Shown in pieces: positions 22,388 through 32,929 of a DNA stretch of 64,000 nucleotides (its first letter is position 1; every line of letters starts with the position of its first letter). The DNA comes from Phormidesmis sp. (lineage in GTDB: Bacteria; Cyanobacteriota; Cyanobacteriia; Leptolyngbyales; Leptolyngbyaceae): the NCBI GenBank assembly GCA_965248535.1, contig CBDFJR010000002.1:896001-960000 (forward strand). Reading direction: 5' to 3'. A program made the position numbers and the translations under genes. The notes below the pieces were generated by a model, which was given only the letters and a program-made list of their open reading frames with translations, was not told where the DNA came from and ran no database searches.

Positions 22388-23793
22388 ATGAGTGCCCTTG
22401 TGTTTTCTCAAGCCGTCGATAACAGTGACCTCAATCTCACGCCGCCCCTGCTCTTTGAAGGAGGTGCTCAAGCCCTAACCCTTGAATCTAGCCTACAAGA
22501 ACTGCCGCTCTACCAGTTTCAAGCAGAGCTGAGTCGCTCAGGCCTTGAGGTTGCGCGGGTTTTTGAGCACTATCCTCGATTGCCAGGCGTGATTTTGGTC
22601 GAGCAAGGGCAATTTGTCAGCATGATCTCGCGGCAGCAGTTGCTAAACTATTTGCTGCGACCCCACGGCATTGAGTTATTTCTCAAGCACCCCTTGCAGG
22701 TTTTATCGAGCTATGCGCCCAAAGCTTGGCTGATGTTGGCGGGCGACACTCCCATTTTGAGCGCTGCACAGCAAGCCTTGCGGCGATCGCCTGACTATTT
22801 GGCAGACCCGATCGTGGTGCAGCAACCATCGGGTTATTACCTCCTAGATATTCACGCTCTCAACATTGCTTACTGGCAGATTCGAGGCATTGAGACGCAG
22901 GTTAGATATGAGCGGCTTCAGTTGCAGATGCTGCAAAGTGAGAAGATGGCGAGTCTAGGGCGGTTAGTCGATGGGGTGGCTCATGAGATTTTAGACCCAG
23001 TAAGTTTTATTTGGGGCAATCTCAGTCATGTGTCGGACTATAGTCAAAACCTATTGACGCTGGTCTCTGCCTACGAAAAAGCCCTACCGCAGCCTTCGCC
23101 AGAGATTATCCATATTCAAGAAGCGATCGAGCTTGACTATCTCAGAGAAGACCTGCCAAAAACCCTAGAGAGCATTAAAACAGGTGCAGAACGCTTATCC
23201 AAGCTGGTGAATGGGCTGCAAAACTTTTGTCACATTGATGAAGTCTATCCCAAACCTGCGGATCTACATGAATGTCTCAATGGGGTGTTGCTGCTGCTCA
23301 AAAGCCGCATCAGCACTGACATTGAGATTGTCAAAGACTACGCTCAACTGCCGCCTGTGCCCTGTTTTATCGGGCAACTGAGTCAGGTGTTTATGAATAT
23401 TATCAGTCGATCGATCGACGTTTTGCTCAATCAAGCCGTGGGCGATCGTCTTAGCTCAGAGTTAAGGCTGCCAAACTGTGAATCTAGAATTCGTCCGCGC
23501 ATCTCGATCGTGACTGATCTCTGCACCCTCAGAGAAAGCGGGACGCGATGGGTGGCGATTCGCATTGCTGACAACGGGCCCGGCATCTCTGCTGAGACTC
23601 GCCAGCAGTTGCTCGAAGCCTTTTCGACCAATCAACCCTTTGCCAAAGAAACCAGCCTCGTTAACAGCTACCGCGTGATCACCGCTAGACACGGCGGCAC
23701 GTTTAAGGTCTATTCTCGCCTTTACCCAGCGATAGCGATCGCGCAGCAGCCCAGACCAGCACCGAGTTTGAGATTTTGCTACCCGTGGCTTAA
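22388..23793 (+). CDS. Sensor histidine kinase with an apparent one-base deletion near 23720
   Basis: SEKMASLGRLVDGVAHEI H-box, IADNGPGI. The expected C-terminus ...TSTEFEILLPVA* lies in a shifted frame and ends at TAA 23793, overlapping the sipA stop. Confidence 0.8.
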
Positions 23794-24005
23794 ACCGATT
23801 CGAGATAGTCAGCGTCTAGCAGAAACGCACCGCGCGCAAATTTCACGCCCCAATAACCGCCAGGACGACGATCGAGCACAATTCCCTCTTCATCGAGGTG
23901 AATCACGTCAGGCGGGCGCAGCATGGGCATCGGGTCGGCCGTTTTGACGTAGGGCGGCAGCGAGACCACGCGAACTTTGGAGCCGATCGAAAATTCTTTA
24001 GCCAT
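23790..24005 (-). CDS. sipA: SipA (NblS-interacting protein, DUF3148)
   Basis: PPYVKTADPMPMLRPPD...DRRPGGYWGVKFARGAFLLD. Confidence 0.88.
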   Translation of the reverse strand: MAKEFSIGSKVRVVSLPPYVKTADPMPMLRPPDVIHLDEEGIVLDRRPGGYWGVKFARGAFLLDADYLESV

Positions 24006-24101
24006 TGTGGTAGAGAGTAAACGGATTTAATAGTAGGAGTGTGTCATGGGAAACGAAACCGACTCTGGTAAATTAGTGTTTGTCGATCGCAGAGACCTCT
24101 A

Positions 24102-25058
24102 CTACAGCACATCGTGAAACCGACTGAAATCGATCGCCCGTCGCCCATCTGAGGTGTAAGTTAGCATATCGGCAAACTGCGTGTCCCATAAAATCTCTTG
24201 AGTCATATAAGAATAGCGGGCATGAACCGTTTGGGCGACCGTTTCATCGACTCCGGTTAGTGACACGATAATCTCGGTTGCACAGTCTCTCAGCGATTCT
24301 GGAGTTTCGCCGTAGAGAGGGCTGTTTTCGTCGATCGGGTGCATCGCCGTCCAAGTCAGATTAAAGACTGGAGACAGGTGACGACTGAGGCTCAAATCAT
24401 AAAATCGCCGCATTGGTTGACCTTCTTGGGTGACTTCATCCCGCACCAAAAACACCCACAGCCGAGCTTCTAAGATCTGATTGCCTCGCTGGTTAGCGGC
24501 CCGAAACATCAGCGTCGGCACCCCGTTATATCGAGTGATGAGGGCAACGCGACTAAACAAAATTCGGGCTGTGGGTCGAGCTAGACGGGCAAAGGCCAAC
24601 CCAGTAATGACCGCAACCCCCAACAGACCTAGCATGGCCTCGATCGACACAATTACGTTGGCATAGAAGGTTTTGGGTGAGATGGCCCCATACCCGATCG
24701 TGCCCATCGTCTGCACGCTGAAGAAGAAAGCATCCCAAAACGAGCCAGGTTGGGCATTGGCAAGATTGTCATCGCCCACTAAGTAGAGCAGGGCAAACAG
24801 CGTATTGGATGTGGCATAGAGCAGCAGCGTCAGCCCAAAAAACCACGGCCAGGAAATGGTCAACAGCAAATAATAAAGATCATCCCATGGCGATCGCTCA
24901 ATGCCCAACCGCACGACGTTAGTGTGTCCCTTTTCATCCAACATTCGCTGGGGGGCTGGCGGCGTTGAGGCTTGAGAGGGCCGTCTGCCGAGCAACCGAC
25001 GAATAAACCGTTTGCTGGAGAGCTTCATCCTGAGTGAGCCTTGTCTAGGGTTGCCCAA
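24102..25058 (-). CDS. Inward-rectifier potassium channel (KirBac)
   Basis: AFFFSVQTMGTIGYG filter; PTLMFRAANQRGNQI. Confidence 0.93.
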   Translation of the reverse strand: MGNPRQGSLRMKLSSKRFIRRLLGRRPSQASTPPAPQRMLDEKGHTNVVRLGIERSPWDDLYYLLLTISWPWFFGLTLLLYATSNTLFALLYLVGDDNLANAQPGSFWDAFFFSVQTMGTIGYGAISPKTFYANVIVSIEAMLGLLGVAVITGLAFARLARPTARILFSRVALITRYNGVPTLMFRAANQRGNQILEARLWVFLVRDEVTQEGQPMRRFYDLSLSRHLSPVFNLTWTAMHPIDENSPLYGETPESLRDCATEIIVSLTGVDETVAQTVHARYSYMTQEILWDTQFADMLTYTSDGRRAIDFSRFHDVL

Positions 25059-25073
25059 ATCCTACCGCATTTT

Positions 25074-26706
25074 TTAATAGGCTAAGGCGATGCCGTCGGC
25101 CCGCGGCTCTGAAGCCGCCATCAAAACCTCGCCTTGCCGCAAAATAATTTGCCCTCGACCAAAGGCGCTCGGCTCGGCACTGAGTTGAATTTTGTGATGA
25201 CGATCGCTTAACCCGACTGCCACACTTTGAGGAACGGTGTGTTCTAACAGCAAGCGATTGCCTGCCATCCACTGCCAGCGAGGGGCATCTAACGCCGCCT
25301 GCGGGTTCATGCCGTAATCGACCAGATTGACCACCATCTGCAAGTGACCTTGGGGCTGCATGGGGCCGCCCATCACCCCAAAGGGCCCGATCGGGTGCCC
25401 GTCTTGGCTGAGAAACCCCGGAATGATGGTGTGAAAAGGACGCTTGCTGGCAGCGATTTGGTTGGGGTGATTGGGGTCTAGAGAGAATCCTGTGGCGCGG
25501 TTTTGCAAGGCGATGCCCGTTCCTGGGATCAGAATGCCGCTGCCAAAGCCCATAAAATTTGATTGAATGAACGACACCATAAAGTCTCGATCGGCTGCTG
25601 CCAGATAGACGGTGCCGCCTTTGGGCAACCCGGCGGGGGCGATCGCCAGGGACCGATCGCCAATCATCTGCCGCCGCTCTGCCCCATAGGATTTGCTGAG
25701 TAAATGGGGAACTTCGACTTCCATAAATCGGCTGTCAGTAACGTGCTGGTGAGCATCGGCAAATCCCAATTTCATCGCCTCGATTTGCAGATGAAAACTC
25801 TCTATTGAGTCACGCGGATAGTCAACTAGATCAAACCCCTCCAGAATATTCAGCGCCATCAACGTGGCGATGCCTTGACCATTGGGCGGCATTTCCCAAA
25901 CCGTGACTCCGCGATAATCGGTTGAAATTGGATCAACCCAATCGGCTTGATGCAGAGCCAAATCTTCTTGGGTGATCAGCCCATTTGTTTGGACGGCAAA
26001 TTGGGCGATCGCGGCTGCCAATTCGCCCCGATAAAAAGACTCACCGTGGCTGTGGGCAATGGCGCGCAACGTCTCGGCATGGGCAGGGCTGCGCCAAATC
26101 TCACCCGCCTCTGGGGCCCGTCCGTTTTGAAAAAACACCTGCTGAAAAGGCTGAAATTCTTCACCTTTTAGGGGCAAATAAACGCGCTCGGCTCGCTTCC
26201 AGGCGCGGGCGGTCTCAGGCGACACCGGGAACCCCGACTCAGCGTAGTGAATGGCAGGCTCAAACAAGCGATCGAAGGGCAACTTTCCCCAGCGTTTTGA
26301 GAGGGTTTGCCAGGCTGAGACCGCCCCCGGAACGGTCACGGTTGACCAGCCCAAGCTAGGCATCTCCAGCAGTCCAGCTAACGGATCTAGCGTTAGAGCT
26401 TGCGGACTTTTGCCCGACGCATTTAAGCCGTGCAGGGTGCCATCCCAAACGAGGGCAAAGGCATCTGAGCCAATGCCGTTAGAGGTCGGCTCAACGACGG
26501 TGAGAGCGATCGCCATTGCCAAGGCTGCGTCGATCGCGTTGCCGCCCGATCGCAGCATTTCTAGTCCCTGCTAAGGTTGCTAAGGGTTGGCTCGTTGCGA
26601 CGGCCGCTTGAGTTCCCATGATTACTCTGCGTCCAGAGCGATAAGGATAGTGATTTAAGTTTTTGTGGATTCGATTAAAAATTGATTCTCTCACGCAGTT
26701 CTTCAC
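25074..26706 (-). CDS. ggt: Gamma-glutamyltransferase family; +1 frameshift near 26567
   Basis: VATSQPLATLAG (upstream frame) joins LEMLRSGGNAIDAA; TVYL, RPFHTIIPG, GVMGG.MQPQG. Confidence 0.88.
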
Positions 26707-26782
26707 TTGCTCTAGCTAGATTTATAAATCGTCAGTTTAGCGTTAAATTTTGAATAGAGTTACCGTTAATAGTTCTAGATTC

Positions 26783-26814
26783 AGACCTCCGACTTCTTAA
26801 GAAGTCGGAGGTCT
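26783..26814. repeat. Dispersed REP-like palindrome, same family as the RAYT flanks
   Basis: Perfect 32-bp palindrome AGACCTCCGACTTCTT-AAGAAGTCGGAGGTCT. Confidence 0.85.
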
Positions 26815-26826
26815 ATGCTGTGGATT

Positions 26827-27291
26827 TTAGCGATCGCACTCAACTTCTCTCGATCGGGCAACTTCTAAAGCCTCGATCGGCTGGTTCACCAACAGCATTG
26901 TGGTTGTGGAGTTCACTTCAAACCCAATCTTCTGATAAAACGTCTGTTGATGCTTGGTCATTAAATAAACTCGCTCGACTCGACTCATGTGAGGATGACT
27001 CAGCACCGTTTCAACCAGTTTGCGACCCAACCCGGCCCCTTGATAGTCGGGGTGAATCACAACATCCCAAATCGTGGCTCGATAGATGCCATCGGAGGTT
27101 GCCCGCCCAAAGCCAACCAAGCGATCGCCATCCCACGCCGAGATCACAGGGTGGCTGTGCTTGATCGCGATCGCGAGATCCGGCAATCGGCGATCGCGGG
27201 CCCAAAACGCAGCAACCTCAAATAAGTGCTGAAGCTGCTGAAGATCGACTAACTCTGAGCGATCGCAAAACTGAATATGACGACAATCCAT
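26827..27291 (-). CDS. GNAT acetyltransferase
   Basis: LVGFGRATSDG...IWDVVIHPDYQGAGLGRKLV. Confidence 0.9.
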   Translation of the reverse strand: MDCRHIQFCDRSELVDLQQLQHLFEVAAFWARDRRLPDLAIAIKHSHPVISAWDGDRLVGFGRATSDGIYRATIWDVVIHPDYQGAGLGRKLVETVLSHPHMSRVERVYLMTKHQQTFYQKIGFEVNSTTTMLLVNQPIEALEVARSREVECDR

Positions 27292-27446
27292 GCCTACTGT
27301 TTTACCTTTATTGAACGGGTGCGCTGAGTCCGGTAAGTTGAATTCTGTCAATTCTAATGACTGAGATGACTCGGTTTTGTGAGCAAAATGGGCAAAAACC
27401 CCTTTATTCTGAATAGAGAAACATCCAGGCTAAATAGTGAGTCTAG

Positions 27447-28049
27447 ATGGCAACGGGTTCTGTAACGTTCATATCCAATTGGTTGAAACCTATGCTCCGT
27501 TTCCCGCGTCGTTCTGGCAAGCTCAACCTCTCTAAGCGCCGAAGACCTAGACGGTCTGCGATCGGGCTAGTGACGCTGCTGCTGGTGTGGAGTCTGTGTT
27601 TAGGATGGGGTCTGGCTCAAGCGATCGAGGCTCCTCAACCTTCAGCCGTGGTGGGAACGGTGGATGTTGTGCCCGATCGCTACAAATTCGGCCAAGAGCT
27701 TTATTTAGAAAACTGCGCCACTTGTCATATCGGCGTGCCTCCATCGGTGTTGCCTGCTCAGACTTGGCGCGATCTGCTGCAAGATTCTCAGCACTATGGC
27801 GTTGAGATCAAACCCTTAATCGATCCGCCCCGGCGATTAGTGTGGAACTATTTGCAGACCTTTTCTCGCCAAGTTGCGGTTGACGAAAAAGTGCCCTATC
27901 GAGTCTCTGAGTCGCAATACTTTAAAGTGCTGCACCCCAAAGTCGATCTTCCTCGCAAGCTCAACTTGGCAAGCTGTGCAACCTGCCACCCCGGAGCCAG
28001 CCAATTTAACTTCCGCAGCCTGACCCCAGAGTGGGAAAACTCGCCTTGA
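27447..28049 (+). CDS. Diheme cytochrome c-type protein
   Basis: Two CATCH (CxxCH) motifs; N-terminal hydrophobic/signal segment. Confidence 0.85.
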   Translation: MATGSVTFISNWLKPMLRFPRRSGKLNLSKRRRPRRSAIGLVTLLLVWSLCLGWGLAQAIEAPQPSAVVGTVDVVPDRYKFGQELYLENCATCHIGVPPSVLPAQTWRDLLQDSQHYGVEIKPLIDPPRRLVWNYLQTFSRQVAVDEKVPYRVSESQYFKVLHPKVDLPRKLNLASCATCHPGASQFNFRSLTPEWENSP

Positions 28050-28159
28050 CGAATGTGCTCCATTCTCCATTTGCCCATGCGGTGGGTGACTTCACGCAAA
28101 TTGGGGGCGTTGTTCACTAGACTGGAGAGGCAACCGTCTAGAACTCTACGATCGAAGAC

Positions 28160-29083
28160 ATGACCTTGAGCAGTTTGCAGACCTTTGAACTTGAGACCGC
28201 CGAAACGCTGGTGCGGCTGTCAATTTTGCTGATTTTGGTGGTAGTAGTCGGATTTTTTGTGGCAGCCGAGTTAGCGATCGTCTCCGCTTCTAAAGGCGAG
28301 ATCTACACGCTGTCTCAAAAAGTTGATGATCCCTCCAGCAAAGCGGCGGAATTGGTTCACCATGCTCAGACTCACTTAGAGCAATATCTGTCAGTTACCC
28401 AAACGGGCACGACAGCCGGAAGCCTGCTCTTAGGCTGGTTGGGCGAAGGGGCAACCGTGCATTGGATCGAGCCTTGGATCAGTCAGATTCCGATCGACCG
28501 TTTGCCTGTGATGATCACCTCTCACGCGATCGCGGCGACGGTGGCTTTTCTGTTCGTCACCTACGTCGAGATTCTCCTAGGAGAACTGGTGCCCAAGGTG
28601 CTAGCGGCAAATGCGCCTGAGCAAACCGCTCTGCTGCTGATTCGTCCGTTAGAGTTTTGCTCTCGATTATTTTTTCCGGCGCTGGTCGTGCTCAATGGCA
28701 GTGTGCGGCTGCTCACAGGAGGCATTGCTCGCAAACCCAAAACTGCGTTTTTGCCTGATTCGACGGCTCCTTTAGTGCAAAATGACGCTCACTCGGCGTT
28801 GATTGCTGGCTCTTTAGACCTGCCCACCATCAATGAGAAACTGGGGGTGAGTTTGCCGCTTCACGAGGCTTACACGACGCTAGCGGGCTTTATGATCTGT
28901 CAGTTGGGGCGAGTTCCGTCTCAGGGCGATCGCCTTCAGTGGAGCGAGTTAGAGCTAGAAGCGACGCGCGTCACCGACGATCGGGTAGAAACAATCTTGC
29001 TGCGTCAAGTCACTCGCCCGTTAATTAATCTGGCTGCCGATCCAGCGTTGATCAAAGAAGAATTGCTCACGCCCAGCCCTTGA
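28160..29083 (+). CDS. CNNM/hemolysin-family protein (DUF21 + CorC_HlyC), no CBS pair
   Basis: GFFVAAELAIVS, LGELVPKVLA, YTTLAGF...LGRVP..GD. Confidence 0.82.
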   Translation: MTLSSLQTFELETAETLVRLSILLILVVVVGFFVAAELAIVSASKGEIYTLSQKVDDPSSKAAELVHHAQTHLEQYLSVTQTGTTAGSLLLGWLGEGATVHWIEPWISQIPIDRLPVMITSHAIAATVAFLFVTYVEILLGELVPKVLAANAPEQTALLLIRPLEFCSRLFFPALVVLNGSVRLLTGGIARKPKTAFLPDSTAPLVQNDAHSALIAGSLDLPTINEKLGVSLPLHEAYTTLAGFMICQLGRVPSQGDRLQWSELELEATRVTDDRVETILLRQVTRPLINLAADPALIKEELLTPSP

Positions 29084-29088
29084 GGTTG

Positions 29089-29376
29089 TCACAATACTCC
29101 ACTTTCTATCGTTTCTAAATAGATAAACTGAGGTTCTTTAACTCCGGCTTGTTTTCTGATCTCGACGAGTTGGGGAGACTCAAAAAACGCTCTGGCATTT
29201 TCTAGCGATGACCATCTAGAAAAGTGAACAATGCTGTTAGCATCATGCTCGTAGTTTAAGAGTTGATAACTGATTTCTCCGGCATCTTTGCGGATGTTGA
29301 CGGCTTCGTCAAAAATGGCTTTCCAGGCTGAATAGTCTTCTACTTCGTGAATGATCAAAACGAAGGGGACTGTCAT
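29089..29376 (-). CDS. ABM/cyclase-like dimeric alpha-beta barrel protein
   Basis: HEVEDYSAWKAIFD...W.S.ENARAFF.S..L...AGV..P. Confidence 0.7.
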   Translation of the reverse strand: MTVPFVLIIHEVEDYSAWKAIFDEAVNIRKDAGEISYQLLNYEHDANSIVHFSRWSSLENARAFFESPQLVEIRKQAGVKEPQFIYLETIESGVL

Positions 29377-29512
29377 AAGTTTAAAACTTGGCGGATGTCT
29401 AAAGATTACCAAATTTCACCTCGACGCGTTCTGTTTCGGCTGGCAATTATTGCGGGCTAATTGAGTCCAATAAATTTTGCAGGAAGATCTTCACCCTGTT
29501 CAACAACCTGTT

Positions 29513-30012
29513 TCAACAATCAGGGGCTTCGCAGGCAGCAATGCTCACCCAACTGCTCGATAGAATTCCGTCTTGCTCTCGATAAAATTCTTTTTTCCAA
29601 ATCGGGGCGTTGTGCTTGAGGGTGTCGATCGCAAACTGACACGCCTCAAAAGCCTCCGATCGGTGGGGCACCCGACTGCAATCAGCACGCTAATTTGCCC
29701 GATCGGTAACTTGCCCACGCGATGATGAATCACCACCCGATTCACATCTGTCCAAGTTTGACGAATCTCAGCCGCAATTTGCTGGAAGACCCGCATCGCC
29801 ATTGGCTCATAGGCTTGATATTCTAGAAACTCAACCGCTTTGCCATCTGTTTTGTTGCGAACCATGCCGCTCATCACCACGATCGCTCCGTTGGCCACAT
29901 CGTCTGCCTGGGCATAAACGTCTTCAAGCGACAGAGGCGCAAAGGTGATGGCAAAGCGATCGTCCGGGTGCGGCTGAATCGGGTGAGAGATCGAGAATGT
30001 CGTAGCGATCAT
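29513..30012 (-). CDS. moaE: Molybdopterin synthase catalytic subunit; one base missing near 29666
   Basis: [28 protein letters not shown]. The shifted frame gives [27 protein letters not shown]. Confidence 0.9.
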
Positions 30013-30061
30013 AAAATCAAGCTTCAGTGCGACTGACTCTATTTTGCACCGATTTGATCGC

Positions 30062-30868
30062 CTACTGGAGTCGTTTCTTTTCGCTGCGATAGCGAATGGT
30101 TTCGGCAATCAGCGCCACCGCACCCGACGTGACCATCAAAACAACGCTCAAAGCATTAATATCAGGTTTAACGCTGGTGCGAATGCGGCTAAAAATCTCC
30201 ATCGGAAGCGTGGTCGCTCCTCCCCCGGCGGTGAAACTGGCAATCAGAAAGTCATCCATACTGAGCACAAACGCTAATAGACAACCCGAAATAATGGCCG
30301 GCATCAATTCTGGCAATAGCACCATCACGAGAGATTGGTAGGGCGTGGCTCCAAGATCTTGCGCGGCTTCTTCTAGATGAGGATTGAGATTAACCAGTCG
30401 AGTCGAGACGACAAACGCAACGTAGGATAGACAAAATACCGTATGGGCGGCAACGATCGTCCATAAGCTCAACGGTACGGCGATCACCGCTAGGAATACT
30501 AACGTTGAAACGGCGATCGCGATATCTGGAATGATCAAGGGAAGATAAGAGGCACCCTGATATAGCTGTTTACCAGGAAACTTATAGCGCGCTAGCCCCA
30601 CGGCCATGAGAGTGCCAACGATCGCAGAAATGCCCACGGCGCAGAATGCAACTTTTAAGCTATCTGACAACGCTGAAAGAATGCGACTGTCATTAAAAAA
30701 TTTGACATACCACGACAGCGTAAACCCGCCCCACTGAGCGCTATTGGGCGACAGGTTAAAACTATAAAACCCCAGCACCAAAATCGGCAGATACATAAAG
30801 CCAAACATCAACACCGAAAACAGCGCTTGCCAGGAAATAGAGGTTGGATTCTTAGAGGGAGCTTGCAT
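30062..30868 (-). CDS. potC: Polyamine ABC transporter permease
   Basis: FMYLPILVL..YSFN, LEEAAQDLGA, SMDDFLIA. Confidence 0.9.
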   Translation of the reverse strand: MQAPSKNPTSISWQALFSVLMFGFMYLPILVLGFYSFNLSPNSAQWGGFTLSWYVKFFNDSRILSALSDSLKVAFCAVGISAIVGTLMAVGLARYKFPGKQLYQGASYLPLIIPDIAIAVSTLVFLAVIAVPLSLWTIVAAHTVFCLSYVAFVVSTRLVNLNPHLEEAAQDLGATPYQSLVMVLLPELMPAIISGCLLAFVLSMDDFLIASFTAGGGATTLPMEIFSRIRTSVKPDINALSVVLMVTSGAVALIAETIRYRSEKKRLQ

Positions 30869-31743
30869 TTTTGTCGCCGTATTTGATGAGCAGTGCGATC
30901 GCTAAACTAACTGCCAAAATTAACACCATACTCAGAGCCGATCCAAAGCCCCAGTTTTGAGTGGCTCCTAAAAACTGGTTATAGATCAGTCGCGCTGCGG
31001 TCATGCTCGACGTGCCGCCCAGCAATTCGGGGTTGATAAAATCGCCTAAGCCCTGTGATAAAAACCAGCAGAGATCCGGCGGCAATGCCGGGAAGCGTTT
31101 GGGGCACCGTCACCTTCCAAAAGGCTTGGGGCGGAGTTGCGCCTAAATCGGCGGCGGCTTCTAAAAAGCGGCGATCGAGCTTTTCTAACGACGCATAGAG
31201 AATCAGCACCATGTAGGGCAGCAGGCTATAGGTCATGCCAATCAGCACAGCAGGCGTGCGGTTGAGCAGATCGAGCGGGGGCAGATTTAGACTCGTCAGC
31301 AGCGTGTTGAGCACCCCCGTCGGGCGCAAAATGCTAATCCAGGCATAAGAGCGCAGCAGTGAAGAAGTCCAGAGCGGCAGCACAAAGCCCAACAGCAGCA
31401 GGTTGCGCCAGCGTTTGGGCGACAGCAGCGCGATCCAATAAGCGACTGGGAAACCCATCAGCAGGCAAAGCAGCGTCGTTCCGGTGGCAAAGAGCAGCGA
31501 TCGCCCAATCACCAACAGCACATCTGACTGAAAGATGCGTCCGTAGTTGTCTAGCCCCGACGGGTTGACGAGATCTCCGGGCTTGATGCCAGGCACCAAA
31601 CTCAGTTCAAAAATCAGCAGCGTCGGAATCACCAACAGCAGCGCTAGCCAAACCCCTGCCGGAGCCAAAAGCAAAAGAGCTTGAAGCCATTGAGGGGTTG
31701 TTGCTTGAACCTTAGACAGAGCAGGGGGAGCTTTGGTAGACAC
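30852..31743 (-). CDS. potB: Polyamine ABC transporter permease; +1 frameshift near 31052
   Basis: LPLWTSSLLRSYAW, LEAAADLGA; LGDFINPELLGG...NWGFGSALS continues in the second ORF. Confidence 0.88.
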
Positions 31744-31795
31744 AGAAGTTAAGAGAATTTTGAACAGTAGAGAGGCAATTTTAGAAAGTCTGTGT

Positions 31796-32929
31796 TTAGC
31801 TGCTGGTCAGCTTTGTCCAATATTTTTCATAGAGTTCTAACACGGGTTTATCGAGTGGGGCTAGGGTTTCGGAGCGATCGAGAAGATTGCGCGGCGGAAA
31901 GAGCGTCACGTTATTCTTTAAGTGGCTAGGAAGCTGATTAAAAGCAGCCTCGTTGGGAGTCGCAAAAAACAGCCGTTCAGTGACTTTGGCTGCCACTTCA
32001 GGTTGCAGCATAAAACTAATCCAAGCATAGGCTGCATCTGGGTTAGGAGCCGTTTTAGGAATCACCATCGTATCGCTCCATAAAGAGGTGCCACTGGCTG
32101 GGATCACGTAGTTGAGCTTGGGATTTTGAGTCATGACGGTGACCGCATCGGCCGAATAGCCCATCGCGATCGTCAAATCGCCCGCCAATAGCTGATCGCG
32201 CCATGCGTCGGTGGTAAACGTCGTAATCGCGGGTTTAAGCTCTTGCAGCTTTTCATAGGCTCGCTTGATCTGCTGGGGATCGGTGGCGTTATAGGAATAG
32301 CCCAGCGATCGTAGCACTGCCCCCATCACCTCTCGCACATCGTCCATCAAGGTCAAGCGGCGCGTCAGTTTATCTTTGTGCTTCCAGAGATAGTCCCAAT
32401 CGGTGGGCGGCTCGGTCAATTTTTCACGGTTGTAGATTAGCCCAGTCGTGCCCCAACTCACCGGGACGCTGAAGCGATTGCCCCGATCGTGGACAGACTG
32501 CTGAAATCTCGGCAAAATGTTGCGAAGCCCATCTAGACGCGAATGGTCTAACTCGCTCAAATAGCCCAATTTCACCATCTGAGACACTTTATAATCTGAT
32601 GGGTAAATAATGCTGTAGGTTCCGGCTTTGCCCGCCTGAAAGGTCGCCAACATCGTCTCGTTAGAGTCAAACACATCCGCGATCACTTTGATGCCCGTCT
32701 GCGATCGAAATGCATCAACCAAATCTTGATCGACATAATTTGACCAAGTGTAAATATGCAGTTCGTCTGCCGCTCCACGCCGCACTTGGTCGGTTTGCAC
32801 CTTGGCCAACGTCCAGCCACAGCTTGAGAGTGCCACGCCTGACAACCCCGCGATCGAGGTCTGCAAAAACCGCCGCCTTGATTGAGAGGCATGAAGAGGG
32901 CGAGTTGAAAAATCAGGCATAAGATTCAT
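31796..32929 (-). CDS. potD: Polyamine ABC transporter substrate-binding protein (Tat signal)
   Basis: SRRRFLQ, IYTWSNYV, FDSNE, IYPSDY, WGTTG. Confidence 0.9.
   Translation of the reverse strand: MNLMPDFSTRPLHASQSRRRFLQTSIAGLSGVALSSCGWTLAKVQTDQVRRGAADELHIYTWSNYVDQDLVDAFRSQTGIKVIADVFDSNETMLATFQAGKAGTYSIIYPSDYKVSQMVKLGYLSELDHSRLDGLRNILPRFQQSVHDRGNRFSVPVSWGTTGLIYNREKLTEPPTDWDYLWKHKDKLTRRLTLMDDVREVMGAVLRSLGYSYNATDPQQIKRAYEKLQELKPAITTFTTDAWRDQLLAGDLTIAMGYSADAVTVMTQNPKLNYVIPASGTSLWSDTMVIPKTAPNPDAAYAWISFMLQPEVAAKVTERLFFATPNEAAFNQLPSHLKNNVTLFPPRNLLDRSETLAPLDKPVLELYEKYWTKLTSS

Noticed and set aside
23794..23947. Long C-terminal tail of the histidine kinase overlapping sipA
   Set aside because: Artefact of the frameshift near 23720; the natural end is 23793.
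26560..31060. Programmed ribosomal frameshifting in ggt, moaE and potB
   Set aside because: No slippery heptamers or stimulatory structures, mixed directions, and no precedent I know of in these genes; sequencing indels are simpler.
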